From Octopus vulgaris (lineage: Eukaryota): a DNA stretch of 64,000 nt. The position numbers and the translations under genes are program-made. Under the pieces are notes generated by a model. That model was not told the DNA's origin, made no database searches, and saw only the letters and a program-made list of their open reading frames with translations. The DNA is taken from contig OX597826.1 in the NCBI GenBank assembly GCA_951406725.2, positions 35,712,001 to 35,776,000 of the forward strand, read 5' to 3'. Of the stretch, positions 13,316 to 26,800 are shown one piece after another; position 1 is the stretch's first letter, and each line of letters opens with the position of its first letter.

Positions 13316-15582
13316 TTTATAAATACTTAAGCTTGACAGGGGAGAAATATATACCTTAGATTTTATGTCAGCCAACTGCAACAAACCATCCAGGTTGAGC
13401 AGGATTCCGTAAAACGACTAATTACAAATGCATGGAACTGGACTTCAGGTTGCTACATGGTGAAAGTTGGTGCTGAGAGCAAGCTGTTATGCAACCTTTG
13501 TATCACAATGTTCCAGAAAAGATCTAGAATGATCTATCATGTGAATTCTGGTTTCTGATTGGTTAATAACTTGGTCTCTCACATGAACAAAATTGAGCTA
13601 TGTCATGACTTCAATTTCTCAATTTGATGATTCAGTTTTGAGTCTTGCTACTCAGTTATGGTCTTACCCAATGACGCTGAATATACTTGTGGTTATGATG
13701 CTATTATTTTGCAAGCCATTCACAGTTGATAGTCTTAATTGAAATTTGCTTTTTTATTACAAACATCACTGAAAATCCTTCATTACAATCCTAAATGGAC
13801 GGTTATAGCAAAACACTCTCCACATATTTCCTAGATGTGTGAATCCCATTTATGATGGTTGTTATTGCTTCAAAATTACAGTGCTTTTAGAAACTTCACA
13901 CATGTCCTTGCAATTTCTCTTGTATACTTATGAAGGCTTGCATACCCAATTTGAGAACCCCTCATCTATTTAGCAGTCTATTAATTTATAAATATGCTTG
14001 TCTTTCTGTCTGTCCGCCCCCCCCTCTCTCTTTTGGTCTATCTACCTCATTTTATCTGACTATCTTTCTATTTAACTATCTATCTTCAGTTATTTAATGC
14101 AAGTAACCAACCACACACTATTGAATGTAACAGTATTATATAGCAACAATCCCGATGGGATTAAAGCTTTGATAGTTAACCTTCAGAATTGTTAAGCTTT
14201 GTGTGTTTATTATGAATATAGTTTCTGATATCCAGAAATAAAGTCAGGTTACAGCTCTAATCATAGCTTTTCAATAGATTAGGGATTGTTGAAAAAGGAA
14301 AAAAGAACTTTCAAGATGCGGAAAATGAATGGAATAATAACACAGAAAATTCTGTAAAGTAAATGCAAACCAGAGCAAAAGAAAGAGCTCATATCAAAGT
14401 GTGATTTGTTGTAAAGATCAACTGTGAGGATTGGTGATATTTGATTAGTTAAGAGATCAAGAGACAATGATCAAGCGGGTAACAAGCTGTTGTTTAGTTG
14501 GTTTCTGTATATAAACTCTCCTGTGTTTTGAGGATATTTTTGAAATTCAAGAGTCCTTAATATGTTTTTAACAAGGAGAACACACATCTCATTTTTATCA
14601 CTGTCCACTTGCATCTGTAACATACAATCAGTGCTGGAATATTCAATGTAGAGTCTCTATTTACGGAACTATATGAACGAGCATTTAAATAAGTGCTTTT
14701 GTACAGGAATATAATGAACACGAATTATCTAACAAGGTTAGCTTAATATCTGGAGGTAAAACGACTCTGTTGAGGATAAAAGTAACACATAAGCAAATTA
14801 TTTGTATTGGATTTAAATCCCTTATAGATGTGTCATTGTGTATTTTGGATGTCCACTTAATTATATATTTCTCATTTCATCTTCTGGTTAGATTTGGGCT
14901 CTTGAATGCTAGGGAATAAGGGTTTCTCAATGCAACAATGGCATTTCAATTATCCATGCTGAGATTTCTTTCTCATCTATGTAGTTCTATAAAACCAGAA
15001 CTAAGCACCCAGGCTTAATAAAGGCGTTGGTTTTGGAAGGGATTCACATATTACATTCTTTTCATTGATCCTCTTTACTCCCTGCTATCTTCACATCTAC
15101 TAATTCCAGGTTTCTAAAGTAATTGTTATGTGAACACACACACACACACACACACCCAAACACCCCATCCAACCTCCCTGCCCTATATGTATATATATAC
15201 ACACACATATTCTGTTATTCTTTTATTTGTTTCAGTCATATGACTGCAGCCATGCTGGAGCACCACCTTAGTGCTGGAGCACTGACATCATAAAAATTTA
15301 TAAACTACTATTGTGGATCAGTGAAACTCAAAGCAGATAGGCTGTGTAAACATGAGTTTAAAAAAAACTTGCAGATAGAAAAAGTTAAAGGCTGTCCATG
15401 GTACTTGAACCTATATGTTTGGTAGACATGAAAGACTTTCTGCCATCAGACCAAAACATATTTACATAGGTTAAGGCTCCATTGGTGATCTTTGACTTTT
15501 TCCATTCAAGGTTTTTTTTAATGCAATATTTACATTCTGTCAATTATATTTTTGTTTACACTGAATTTCACAGTTCAAAGAA

Positions 15583-15613
<31 letters not shown>

Positions 15614-15618
<5 letters not shown>

Positions 15619-15813
15619 ATCCAAACAAGAAAACACAAAAAACACAGCAACGCGAAGATGTGGAACAAATAAAGTATTATTGGACGCTCAGGAAAGAAGG
15701 GAAGAAGGAGGGTTTAACATTTCGAGCGGAGCTCTTCGTCGGAAACAAAGGAGAAGGAAAGATCCCGAGAAGGGAAGACAGAGGAAAAAAATTGCTGGCG
15801 GTGCTAACAAGGT

Positions 15814-15818
<5 letters not shown>
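15614..15818 (-). mobile_element. Penelope-like terminal fragment embedded in (TA)n
   Basis: A CpG-rich 200-bp block flanked on both sides by (TA)n that contains the hammerhead-like motif. Confidence 0.5.
15712..15746 (-). ncRNA. Variant minimal hammerhead motif
   Basis: The minus strand reads GUUU-CCGACGA-A-GAGC(ucc)GCUC-GAAAU-GUU-AAAC. Stems I and II are intact, with two core deviations (U4>C, C15.2>U). Confidence 0.55.
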
Positions 15819-15856
<38 letters not shown>

Positions 15857-15857
15857 G

Positions 15858-16103
15858 CGCCCTTTTAAAGCCTAGCCAGGCTCATGGGCCAGGTATCCCG
15901 GTTTCAATGGCGTATTTGTTCCCCAGCTGGACAGGACGCCAGTCCATTGCAGTGTTACTCATTTTTGCCAGCTGAGTGGACTGGAGCAACGTGAAATGAA
16001 GTACTTTGCTCAAGAAGACAACACGTCGCTGGGTCCAAGAATCGAAACCACAATCTTACAATCATGATGCTGTCACCCTAACCACTAAGCCATGTGTCTC
16101 CAC
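15858..16103 (-). mobile_element. tRNA-derived SINE with a CORE-like segment (related piece at about 50715-50945 +)
   Basis: The minus head reads gtggagacacatggcttagtggttagggtg...gtggtttcgattc (A and B boxes), then tcttgagcaaagtacttcatttcacgttgctccagtccactcagctg. Confidence 0.65.
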
Positions 16104-16336
16104 TATATATATATATATTTATATAGCATGGATATTGACTCATTCATCCTAGAGCTGGTTGAGATGAGAGAGTCAATATGCATTATATAGTATTGGAGTG
16201 AAAAATATTACATGTTAAATTTTATCTTTAATTCACCTGAAGAAAAGTTTGTTCTTTTGTACATGATGTTTTGTTCATCAATACAAAACATGTCTGAAAC
16301 AGCTGTAGTGAATGTTAACACATCTGTGCTATATAC

Positions 16337-16423
<87 letters not shown>

Positions 16424-16429
16424 CGAAAT

Positions 16430-17080
16430 AGCGTCACACCCTAGCAGAAGAGGGAACCTGTGGAAGAGGTAGACCCAGGAAGACCTGGGATGTGGTGGTG
16501 AAGCACAACCCCTGAATATTGGGCCTCACTGAGGTGATGACAAATGACAGAGACCTTTGGAGATATGCTGTGCTTGAGAAGACCCAACAAGCCAAGTGAG
16601 ACCGTAACCGTGGCCTATGCCAGTGCAGCTTAACAGCCCATTTAATAGTACCCTTCAATATTGGGCAATAAACTGTGCTTGCAAAGACGTATTGAGGCAG
16701 GTGAAGTCATTGGTGTGGCTGATGTCAGTACCAGCTGATTGGCACCCATGCTAGTGGCACGTAAAAAGCACCATTTGATCGTGGTTGATGCCAGTGCTGC
16801 CTGACTGACTTCCATGCCGGAGGCACGTAAAAAGCACCATTTGATCATGGTAAATGCCAGTACCGCCTCACTGGCATTTATGCCAGTGGCACATAAAAAA
16901 CACCCACTACACTCTTGGAGTGGTTGGCGTTAGGAAGGGCATCCAACTGTAGAAACTTTGCCAGATTGGATTGGAGTCTGGTGCAGCCTTCTGGCTTGCT
17001 AGCCCTCAGTCAAACCGTCCAACCTATGCCAGCATGGAAAACAGACATTAAATGACAATAACGATGATAATGATGATGAT
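16430..17080 (+). mobile_element. RTE-clade LINE 3' fragment, same family as 55331-56189
   Basis: Contains gaacctgtggaagaggtagacccaggaagacctggga (GTCGRGRPRKTW), the shared 3' UTR, three 66-bp unit starts and a GAT-rich tail. Confidence 0.85.
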
Positions 17081-17601
17081 ACACTCACACACAATACTCA
17101 TGGCTTTGGGTGTATCAGGTCTGGAATAGAAGGCACATGCCCTTGTTGCTGAGTAGTAAGAGTTTGAAACTGGTACCACATAATTGCAAGGCAAGTTTCT
17201 TGATGTCAAGTTTATGCCAGCTCCTTTCCATCAACTTCTAAATATATTTTATGAGATATTAATTCCGTATCATAATATTTGCATGCTTCTCCCTCCCGAC
17301 CACAAAAAAAAAAAATCACATAATAAAACATACAAAAAAAAAAGCCTGAAGACAATTACAAGATATTCATCACAAATGACTCTTGGAGAAAGATTTTACT
17401 GGAAATTTTGTTACACTTAACCCCTCCTCTTCCTACACATGTTCCATTATTCTGGGATTCCCTGGCAAAAATGTTACCATTCTTCTCAATGTTTTATGTG
17501 ATCTGTTAAAAGAAATAACTTACTTAACTTCCTCTATTTTATGGAATACAAATTCAATTGTTTTGTATTTTTTCAGTAACCATTCATTTATTTATTTCTA
17601 T

Positions 17602-17706
17602 TTATTATTATTATTGTTATTATTATTATTATTATTATTATCATTATTGTTGTTGTTATTATTATTATTATTATTATTAATATTATTATTATTGTCGTTG
17701 TTGTTG

Positions 17707-17790
<84 letters not shown>
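17602..17790. repeat. (TTA)n microsatellite; similar TAA/TTA arrays at about 30755-30820, 39946-40097, 43520-43567, 54392-54766, 63105-63210
   Basis: Directly visible. Confidence 0.97.
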
Positions 17791-17794
<4 letters not shown>

Positions 17795-18243
17795 TGCAGC
17801 CAGCTCAAGTAAATAAGCTAAAAGACAACCAAAAAATAGAAAAAGTAAAAAAAAACATGAACATGCCATTCCTATTTGATTCAGTCATCCATTGCCGGCA
17901 AAATGGTTAATTGACTACAAATTCTTAGAATCAAATTCTTAGAATCAAATTCAAATCACAAATAGAATGACTCGAATGTTAATGGCAGAATTGGGATATT
18001 GACTATTCACAAAATAAACTCAATTAAACAAAGAAATACACATTTACCATTATTGTTCCTTTTTTTCTACTTTCTCTTTCTGCATGTCAGAATCATTTTT
18101 ATGGAGAGTTCTCCCTCCCTCCCCCCTCTCTCTCTCTTTCTCACCCTCTCTGTTCTTTAATTCTTTGGTACTTTCGGCAACGTTTGAGTCACAGAAAAAT
18201 TCAGAGTGATATATATGTGTATACATGAGTGTGCGTGTATACG

Positions 18244-18289
<46 letters not shown>

Positions 18290-18510
18290 AACATATATGT
18301 TAAATATATATACATATACACATTCTCAGCATGGCCACAGTCAAATCAGTGAAACAAGATATATATATATACATATATGTATATATATATATATATATAC
18401 ATACATGCATGTGTATATATAAATATATGTGTGACTGCATATATATATCCATACATGTGTAAATCTCTAGAATGGCCACCATGAAATGACTGAAACAAGT
18501 AAAAGAATAA

Positions 18511-18589
<79 letters not shown>

Positions 18590-19308
18590 TATATACATAT
18601 AATACATACACACACACATGCACATGCATATATCTCCCTCTGTGTGGGAATTTAGTTTATATTGACTTTGTATGAGATGGGGGTGGGTGTGACGCGAATA
18701 AAAAAATAAAATAAGGTTAAAAAATAAATAAATAATCTTTTCCCCTGAAAATTAAGTTACTGGAGAATGTTGCAACCGATTTTACTCAGATTGTCTACAA
18801 AGATACTGCCAGTACAATTCCGTCATTTTTTAACAGAACGTTTCTGTACGTGATGTATGACTGTAGATGCACAAGACATTTATTGGGTCAATTTCACGTA
18901 GAGAATGGTTTATGACTCAAAGAACTGCGGGGCTGGTAATGACGGACCATAATATCATCAATATATGTTGACCAATTAATAATTCCAAGCATGAAGTCTG
19001 TGGAAAATTGCAGATATATTTAGTAACAGACTTTACCATATTGGCAATTTGTCAGATCTTGGGTGATTCAATCAAACTTTTAAATTATTTTATCTGATTA
19101 TGGCTTTATCAGTAGAAAATTTTGTTTTTTTCTTGTTAGTGTTTTGATATTTATAATCGTGTGTGTATTTGTGTGCTTGTGCGTATGTGTACTAAAGAGA
19201 GAGTGTGTGTGTGTGTATTTGTTTAGGTAATTGTGTATGAGTTTATGCATAGATGCATGTTCTGATAAAGTGATGTATATTGTATAAGTGCTTTTAAAAT
19301 GATTATAT

Positions 19309-19347
<39 letters not shown>

Positions 19348-20334
19348 TGTATAAGTACACACACACAAACATACATATATAAATATTTGTTTCTCAATAT
19401 AAAACTATTGATCTATTTGTCTCTTTATCTATCTTTCAGCTGCACACACACGTATATATAAAGTTATGTATGTATTGGTTTGTGAGTGTGGACATATATA
19501 TATATTTATTTTATTTATGTGTGTGTATGTGTGTATGTATGTATAAAAATGAAGTTTTTAGTAAAATTCTTCATATGGTTGTGCCTGTCTGTGCTGAATC
19601 GGAACTGTCAGGCATCATCAAGCACACAACAGATGTACAGATGTGGATGCTCTCTTCTGTAAATTTATACTCGTAAAACCAAGCCAAGACTTAGGATAAA
19701 TATATATACATCTGATATATATCTGTATGCATGAATATATGTACACACACACACAAACACACACGAGTTTCAGTCACCAAATCCACTTTCAATGGCCGGT
19801 TGAACTAATAAAAGAAAGCAGTTTCCCAAGGTACCATGCAGTGGGCCTGAACCCAGAAGGCTACAACTGGGAAGCCAACTTCATAACCACACATCCATGT
19901 CTGTACCTAGTAAAAGATACTATGACAAAAAACTCTGATTAAAACCAAATGTGATAATAATGGGATGATGAACTCTGTCATTCAGCTGTTTAATTAACTA
20001 AATTACCTACTCATTAAATTATCATGTTAGTGGTTGAGTATTCCTTAGACATATGTACTCAATGTAATTCTTAGGATAAATGAGTATGAAGAATTTATAT
20101 GTGAAGCTGGAGCTTTGAATTATATTCAGGATTTATAGAACAAGCTTCCACACAGTTTCCATCTATGTAATTTCATTCACAAGTTTTGAGTCAATTCAAG
20201 GCTGTTTTAAAACACACTTGCTTAAGATGCTGTCCTGTGGGAATGAAAGCAGAAACTCACAATTGTGAAGCAAACTATTTTCCCACTCAGCCATCCCTGC
20301 AACCTTTAAACCCTTGTAAGTAGTGATTAACCGA

Positions 20335-20795
20335 AGAGTATATCATATGGTTAGATGTGGTATAACATACAGGAGCACCCTATTGACAAACAGGCAAGCT
20401 GATAACATAACACATGATTAACTGTGGTACAACTAGAAAAACATAGACAAATAACGTATATATATATATATATATATAGGGTGTGAGCATATCACATAAT
20501 TAACTGTGGTATAATATACCAAACAACCTGTGAACAATCTGACAGCATAGCATGCAAATATCTATGATATAACATGCAAAAATAACCTGTACATATTCTG
20601 ATAGTATATCACATGGACAGCTGTAGTAAAAAACGCTATTGACAATCTGATAGTATATTACATGATTAGCTGTGGTATAACATGCAAAAACTTGTATATA
20701 GTCTGATAGCATATCATATGAATAGCTGTAGTATAACATGCAAAAACATGTACAAAGTCTTATTCATACAATATAATGTGATTGAATATACTGTG
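20335..20795. repeat. Degenerate ~55-bp tandem repeat
   Basis: Unit approximately tctgatagcatatcacatgattagctgtggtataacatgcaaaaac; tctgatag at 20647 and 20702. Confidence 0.75.
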
Positions 20796-23165
20796 GTCCT
20801 CTGAGACACACAGACACACAAACGCCTGCACACACACGCACACACACATACACACAAACACACACATATACACAAACACACAAGAGCAAATACATATTAA
20901 CATACACAAATTGAGAATCACTGGTAGATGGTTAGCCATACTAATAGATATGTTGCCAGCTAAATAGGTAGATATAAAGCTAAGATAATTCCTTTCAAGC
21001 TAACTAGCCATATGTTGTTGTTAGTTATTCAAGTTATTAATATCTCACCAATTGATCAATAATATCGTTTTATTCACTAAAGCTTTAACCAGATAAGCTG
21101 AATGTAATATTTGATTGGACAAAAATCTATAAATTAGTATCACATTAAAAAATAAACCTCGATAAAAATATAAATACGTAACATAAATACATTCAGACAG
21201 TGGCATGCACAATGTATGCAGATATATGTTTGAACTAACCAACCTTATGGCATTAAAATTCTACATTTCGCTGTCTTTATCCAAAGATCTAGAGCTGGTT
21301 TAAGTGTATATTCATGTGTTCATATCTGAAATCAATTTGTCTAGGAACAAATTAAATAATGGACATATACAGTTACCCTAATTCATTAATTCCTTAATTA
21401 CTAGTTCTCTCACTTTCAAAAGAAAACCAATGATGTTTGGATTGGTCTTACAACACAATTTCCATCCAATAGATTAAATGTGAAGAGTACAACATCACGT
21501 CTTCAAAATAATGGATATATTACCAAATGGGGTGTATTTAAGTAATCTTTATTCTTTTAACCAATAATCAAAGCTAAATATGTCTGTAACACTTATGGCA
21601 TGACTTGCCAATACAAATATTAGTGAATTTCTGTTGTAATAGATTTCTGTCTGGAATTTCTACTGAATTATGTTTCGTGATTAACAATGAGGAATTTCCT
21701 ACTCTCCAGATGACGGTAATATTTATTTTGGTGTATTGCAGGAAATTGAAACAACGGCAGAGATCTAGTAAAATTGAAACAATGACAGGATTCTAAGAAA
21801 ATTCTGAAAATGTGATTTGACAAAGCCATAGTACCTTCTTTATGTGAAAACCACATTCGATACTTTTTTTTTTATCCATGGCCACACACACACACGCACA
21901 CACAAATACATACACACACAAACACACACACATATATTATAGCATATCTTACATCTAAATATACCCACAAAGTATTTTCCTCAACACACAATATACCTAT
22001 CATTCTCAAAATTTAAAAAAACAAAAATTGCACAAATCTTCATCCACAAATGCTAATTACCATCAACAGCAGAGTGGCTAAGAAAAGCTTTAATTCAATT
22101 AGAAAATTTTGCAGCCCACTAAAAACTGGTTAGTGGCCCATTTTGGGGCTATGACCCACTTACTGCTTGCTGGCTTCTACAGTAGATCTTAAGAGATACT
22201 GCAAGATGGATTCTTAGAATCCCTTTTGAATATAAAACTTAACAAGATCACATCAAACACAGCCGGAATATTGTTGAAATATAACTAATAATTAACTCTC
22301 CCTCCCTATCACCCTTCTCTCTCTGTCACTCTCTTTTCCCCCTCTATTTCTCTGTCACCCCTTATCTCTCTGTTTCTTACTCTTCTCTCATTCTGTCTCT
22401 GTCTCTCTCTTTTCTGACTTTCTATCTCTGCCTCTCTATTTTTCTCTCTCTCTCTCTAATTCAACATTTTACAGAGTTTAGCTATTAGCCAAAAGACTAT
22501 CACTTTAGACTCTTGTCTATGAAGATAGCCGATTATCAATTCCTGGTTGCAGGAACTGGAATAAAATCCTACTTAATGACATAACTAAATGAGAAGGAAG
22601 AAGGAAAACTCGAAAAATGACAAATATGGAAAATAAATCATTTCAAGAATGTTGCATTAATTATATTTCCAATAAGATGATTTTGATTTTTTTCTAAAGT
22701 TCCATAAATCAGATTTCAGAATCGGTAAAGACAAAAGTTTCCTATAAACAACCAATTCACTTGTAAAACAAAACAAGATGAAAATGAAATGAAATCTTAA
22801 ATTGTTTTCAAAGTGATTTTCGTTGCATTTTTATGAAATTATTTGTGGATATTCATTTATTATTAATGACCTCAAAACTTAAAAGTTTTCACTAAATTCC
22901 CAATCTGGTTCCTCATAAATCATCTATGATTTTATAAATATATGTTTGCTGTTTTCTCTAACTAATGTCTGCTGAATCTCCAGAAATAGTAGAAATGGTA
23001 AAGAAGAAAGAAAAAAGAAAAGCAAAGAAAACAAATTCTAATACAAATAAGCTAAATGTTGAAAGTGAAAGTTGTCGTTTAAAACAGAATTTTTAGCGGG
23101 AGGTTTATGCAAATAGGCAAGATACTATAACTGTGTGTGCATGTGTGTATGTGCATGTGTATGTA

Positions 23166-23213
<48 letters not shown>

Positions 23214-23218
23214 TATTC

Positions 23219-23251
<33 letters not shown>

Positions 23252-23256
23252 TATTC

Positions 23257-23288
<32 letters not shown>

Positions 23289-23894
23289 TATGAGTAGGTG
23301 TGAAAATGAGGTTGTGTATTTGTATAGCAGGTAGAAATGGAGTGGTTTTTGAATTTGTAATGCATAAGACTTTTTGACTGATGAGCTGTGAATTTAAAAC
23401 AGCAGAAAGTAATTTGAAAGAATCTCACCGTTTTTTTTTGGTTTTTTTTTTGCTTCTTTCACTTTTCAACATTGATTCAACTTCATTTCTACACATTACT
23501 TGCCTATACTTATATATTTATAGATATTGGCCAATGCCATTTGAGTTTATTTCCCTTATCTGTTAGACTTTAACCTCTGATCCCAACATACATGACACTG
23601 CTCAGGGTTCTGAGATACAAGCTCCCTATTCAAAAGTGATCTCAATTGAAACCTCTAATCAAAATTTTGTGTTTATTTGTTCCACACACCGGCTTATTAA
23701 TAACAAGTTTCTTTTTACTAAATTCTTCTTTACTTTCAAGACTAGTTGAAACAAAAGCAATGCATGCCAACAGATACAAAGGTTGTATGGTGCCAACTGA
23801 AATAATCTACCAAAAAGGTTCAACACATCAAGAGTGAACTTTTGCATTGCTCAAATGATATAGAAAATATCAGTTAATTTCATCATCACCACTA

Positions 23895-24280
23895 CCATCA
23901 TCATTATTTAGCATCCAATTTTCTATGATTGAGGGGGTTGGATGGTTTGACTAGAACTGGTAAGCCGGAGAGCTGTACCAGGTTCCAGTCTGATTTGGTA
24001 TGGTTACAAAAGCTGGATGCCCTTCCTAATGCCGACCACTCCAAGAGTGTAGTGGGTTCCATTTACATGTTACTGGCAGAGGTACCTTTTATGTGTTATC
24101 AGTACGAGTGCCTTTTGCTTGTCACTTGCACAGGTGCCTTTTACAAGTTACCGGCATGGGTACCCTTTACATGCTCTTGGCACTGGCAACGGTAATGATT
24201 TCACTTGGCTTTATAACTGCTCAAGTACAGCAAGATGCCAAAGGTCTTGATCACTTTCCTCTACATTACATAAATGAGGC
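23895..24280 (-). mobile_element. Diverged RTE-family 3' UTR fragment
   Basis: Contains ctggatgcccttcctaatgccgaccactccaagagtgtagtggg plus degenerate shortened repeat units. Confidence 0.65.
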
Positions 24281-25214
24281 TTGGGACTTTCTCTGCGTAT
24301 AGCTTCCTTCCTTCGGTTTAAGGGACCCTAAAAGACATCATAGTTACTGTCCTTCGGAATATTGTAACAACAGAACAATTGGTCAGTTGACAGATGAACC
24401 GAAATCTGAGATATCTAAATACAAAAATAATTATTCATCATAAACAATAGTGCTGTCATTGTGATGTCAAAGGAAAACAGATATTTGCACCAAGGGAATC
24501 AGTATGGGTGTGTCCATGAGAGAGGTATGAGTCAGCAATAACAGTGGATGGGTGAAGATGGAAAATTTCAAAGCCAAAGTTGATTGGTGTAAATTCCTGC
24601 AGTTAGTTGACTTTAGCTTTACAAAATTACTGCTCAATTACAAGCAAAAAAAATCTATCTATCTCTGTCTATATCTATCTATTTATCTATCTGTCTATCT
24701 CTATATCTATAGACAGACAGAGTTTAATGTTACTTTAAGGTAGGACCAACAAAACTACTCCATCTAGTGAGAGATAAATACCATTTAATGTGAACTATAT
24801 TAAAGTATGAGCTATTAATAACTTCTTACCATGAAGACAGGCAGGTTTTGAGGATGTCTTCTTGCTTTCCTTCCTTCCTTCATCTCACCAGTCTCAGACA
24901 CTGCTTATAACATCCATGAATGCTGCCCTTATCTGTGCATCCCCGAAGCCATTGACAAATCATTAAATAAATGTCACATAATAGGGTTAATTCAGTCAGA
25001 TATGCCTCTACCAGAATCAGTACAGCCATCTGTCTGTGGCAAGGGCGTATTGCTTTGGAACTTGACCCATGGCTATTTGGTGCACTGTATCCTTGAGCAA
25101 GACACTCCGTTTCACATTAATTTATTTTCATCTGCACTCACCTGTAAATGAGTACCAACTGAGTGAGTGCTTGTGCTGCCTTGTCACTCTCCAGCTGTCA
25201 CAGTTTCAATATTT

Positions 25215-25760
25215 TACCAAGGTCAGCCTAACTGGCTCCTGTGCCAGTAACACATAAAAAGTACCATCCAGTAGTTGATGATACTAGTGCCTCTTGACTT
25301 GCTCTTGTGCCAGTGGCATGTAAAATGCACCATCCAAATGTAGCCAATGCCAGTGCTCCCTGACTGGCTCTCATGGCAGTGGAACGTAAAAAGCACTATT
25401 TGAACGTGATCGATGCCAGAGCTGCCTGACTGGCTCCTGTGCTGGTGGCACGTAAAAAGTGCCATCTAAACATGGCTGACGGTAGTGCCCCTTGACTGGC
25501 ACTTGTGCCAGTGGCACGTAAAATGCACTGTCCAAACGTGATTGATGCCAGGTCCGTCTGACTGGCTCCTGTGCTGGTAGCACATAAAAAGCACCTACTA
25601 CACTCTTGGAGTGGTTGGCGTTAGGAAAGGCATCCAGCTATAGAAACCTTGCCAGATCAGATTGGAGCCTGGTGCAGTCACTGGCTTTCCAGACCTCAGT
25701 CAAACTGCCCGACTCATGCCAGTATGGAAAACAGATGTTAAATTTTGATGATGATGATGA
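25215..25760 (+). mobile_element. RTE-family 3' UTR fragment with an expanded 66-bp tandem array
   Basis: Unit starts at 25231, 25297, 25363, 25429, 25495 and 25561, followed by the family tail ending gatgatgatga. Confidence 0.8.
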
Positions 25761-26800
25761 AGGTGTTTATGTCAGTTCATGACAACATGAATACATAACA
25801 CAATCAATGAAGGTATAGTATCTGCTTCTCTGAGTGCGGCTCACTTCTAATGACAGCCATGATGTGGTATCTTACTATCCTGCTGCTTATATGACCACCT
25901 TCCATTATCTTGTTAAAATATCAAAACCTGTAGTGTGTTCAAATTAACTACAGCGTTGTCAATGTAATTAATGAGTTGAAGTGGTAGAGGTGTTAGAGGG
26001 TTGTGTGATATTATTTCTGTTCCCTCCATTCTGAGATCAAATCCTACTGAAATCAGCTTCGCTCTATGTTTTTGGTGGTGTTGAGAGATAAAGCACCAAT
26101 CTCAAGCAGGAGTGGAGGGGAAGAGTAGAATCATTAATTTGATTTGTACACACCCATCTGTAGCATTCAGATTATTCTGTTAAATATAATGCTTATTTAT
26201 TCAATTGTCTTGTATTAATCATGCATCATCTCACAGCTGTGGGATTTTGATGATGCGACTATTTATTTTTAGATTGACACCATAGGGTAAGGGTGGGGAG
26301 GCCAGATCTGGCTGGTTTGAGCATTATGCAGATAGAATTTTTTGGCCGGTTTAAATAATCTAAATTAAAATCTTTCATCAAAATTATGAGTTAATTTATG
26401 TTTCAAATACTAGCTTGATAATGACAAAATGATTTTACTAAATTCTTTATTATTTTTTACAAAATTCTTTATTTACTAAATTCTATATTTTTACTAAATT
26501 CTTTATTATTCTTTATTATGAAAACTAACAGAAATAAATGCAGTTTATCTTAAGAGAAATATGGTAACTAGAGGGTTAAACCTTCGTATATCAAAAAACC
26601 AATTCATACTTTAAGTTTTAGCTTGGTAAATAATAATAATTTATAAACTTTATCACCATTTAATTGGAAGGAAAAAGAAAAAGAAAAATGGGGATGGATT
26701 AGTCAGCAAAATATAGAGGGTTGAGAGAACATGCCAGAACAAATGGCATGCTCAGCTGTGTCCATCCCCCAGTCATGACTGCAATGGCATTGCTGTAGAG

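Noticed and set aside
25231-25595. CRISPR array
   Set aside because: The putative spacers are homologous to one another, the array lies within a LINE 3' UTR in eukaryotic DNA, and there are no cas genes.
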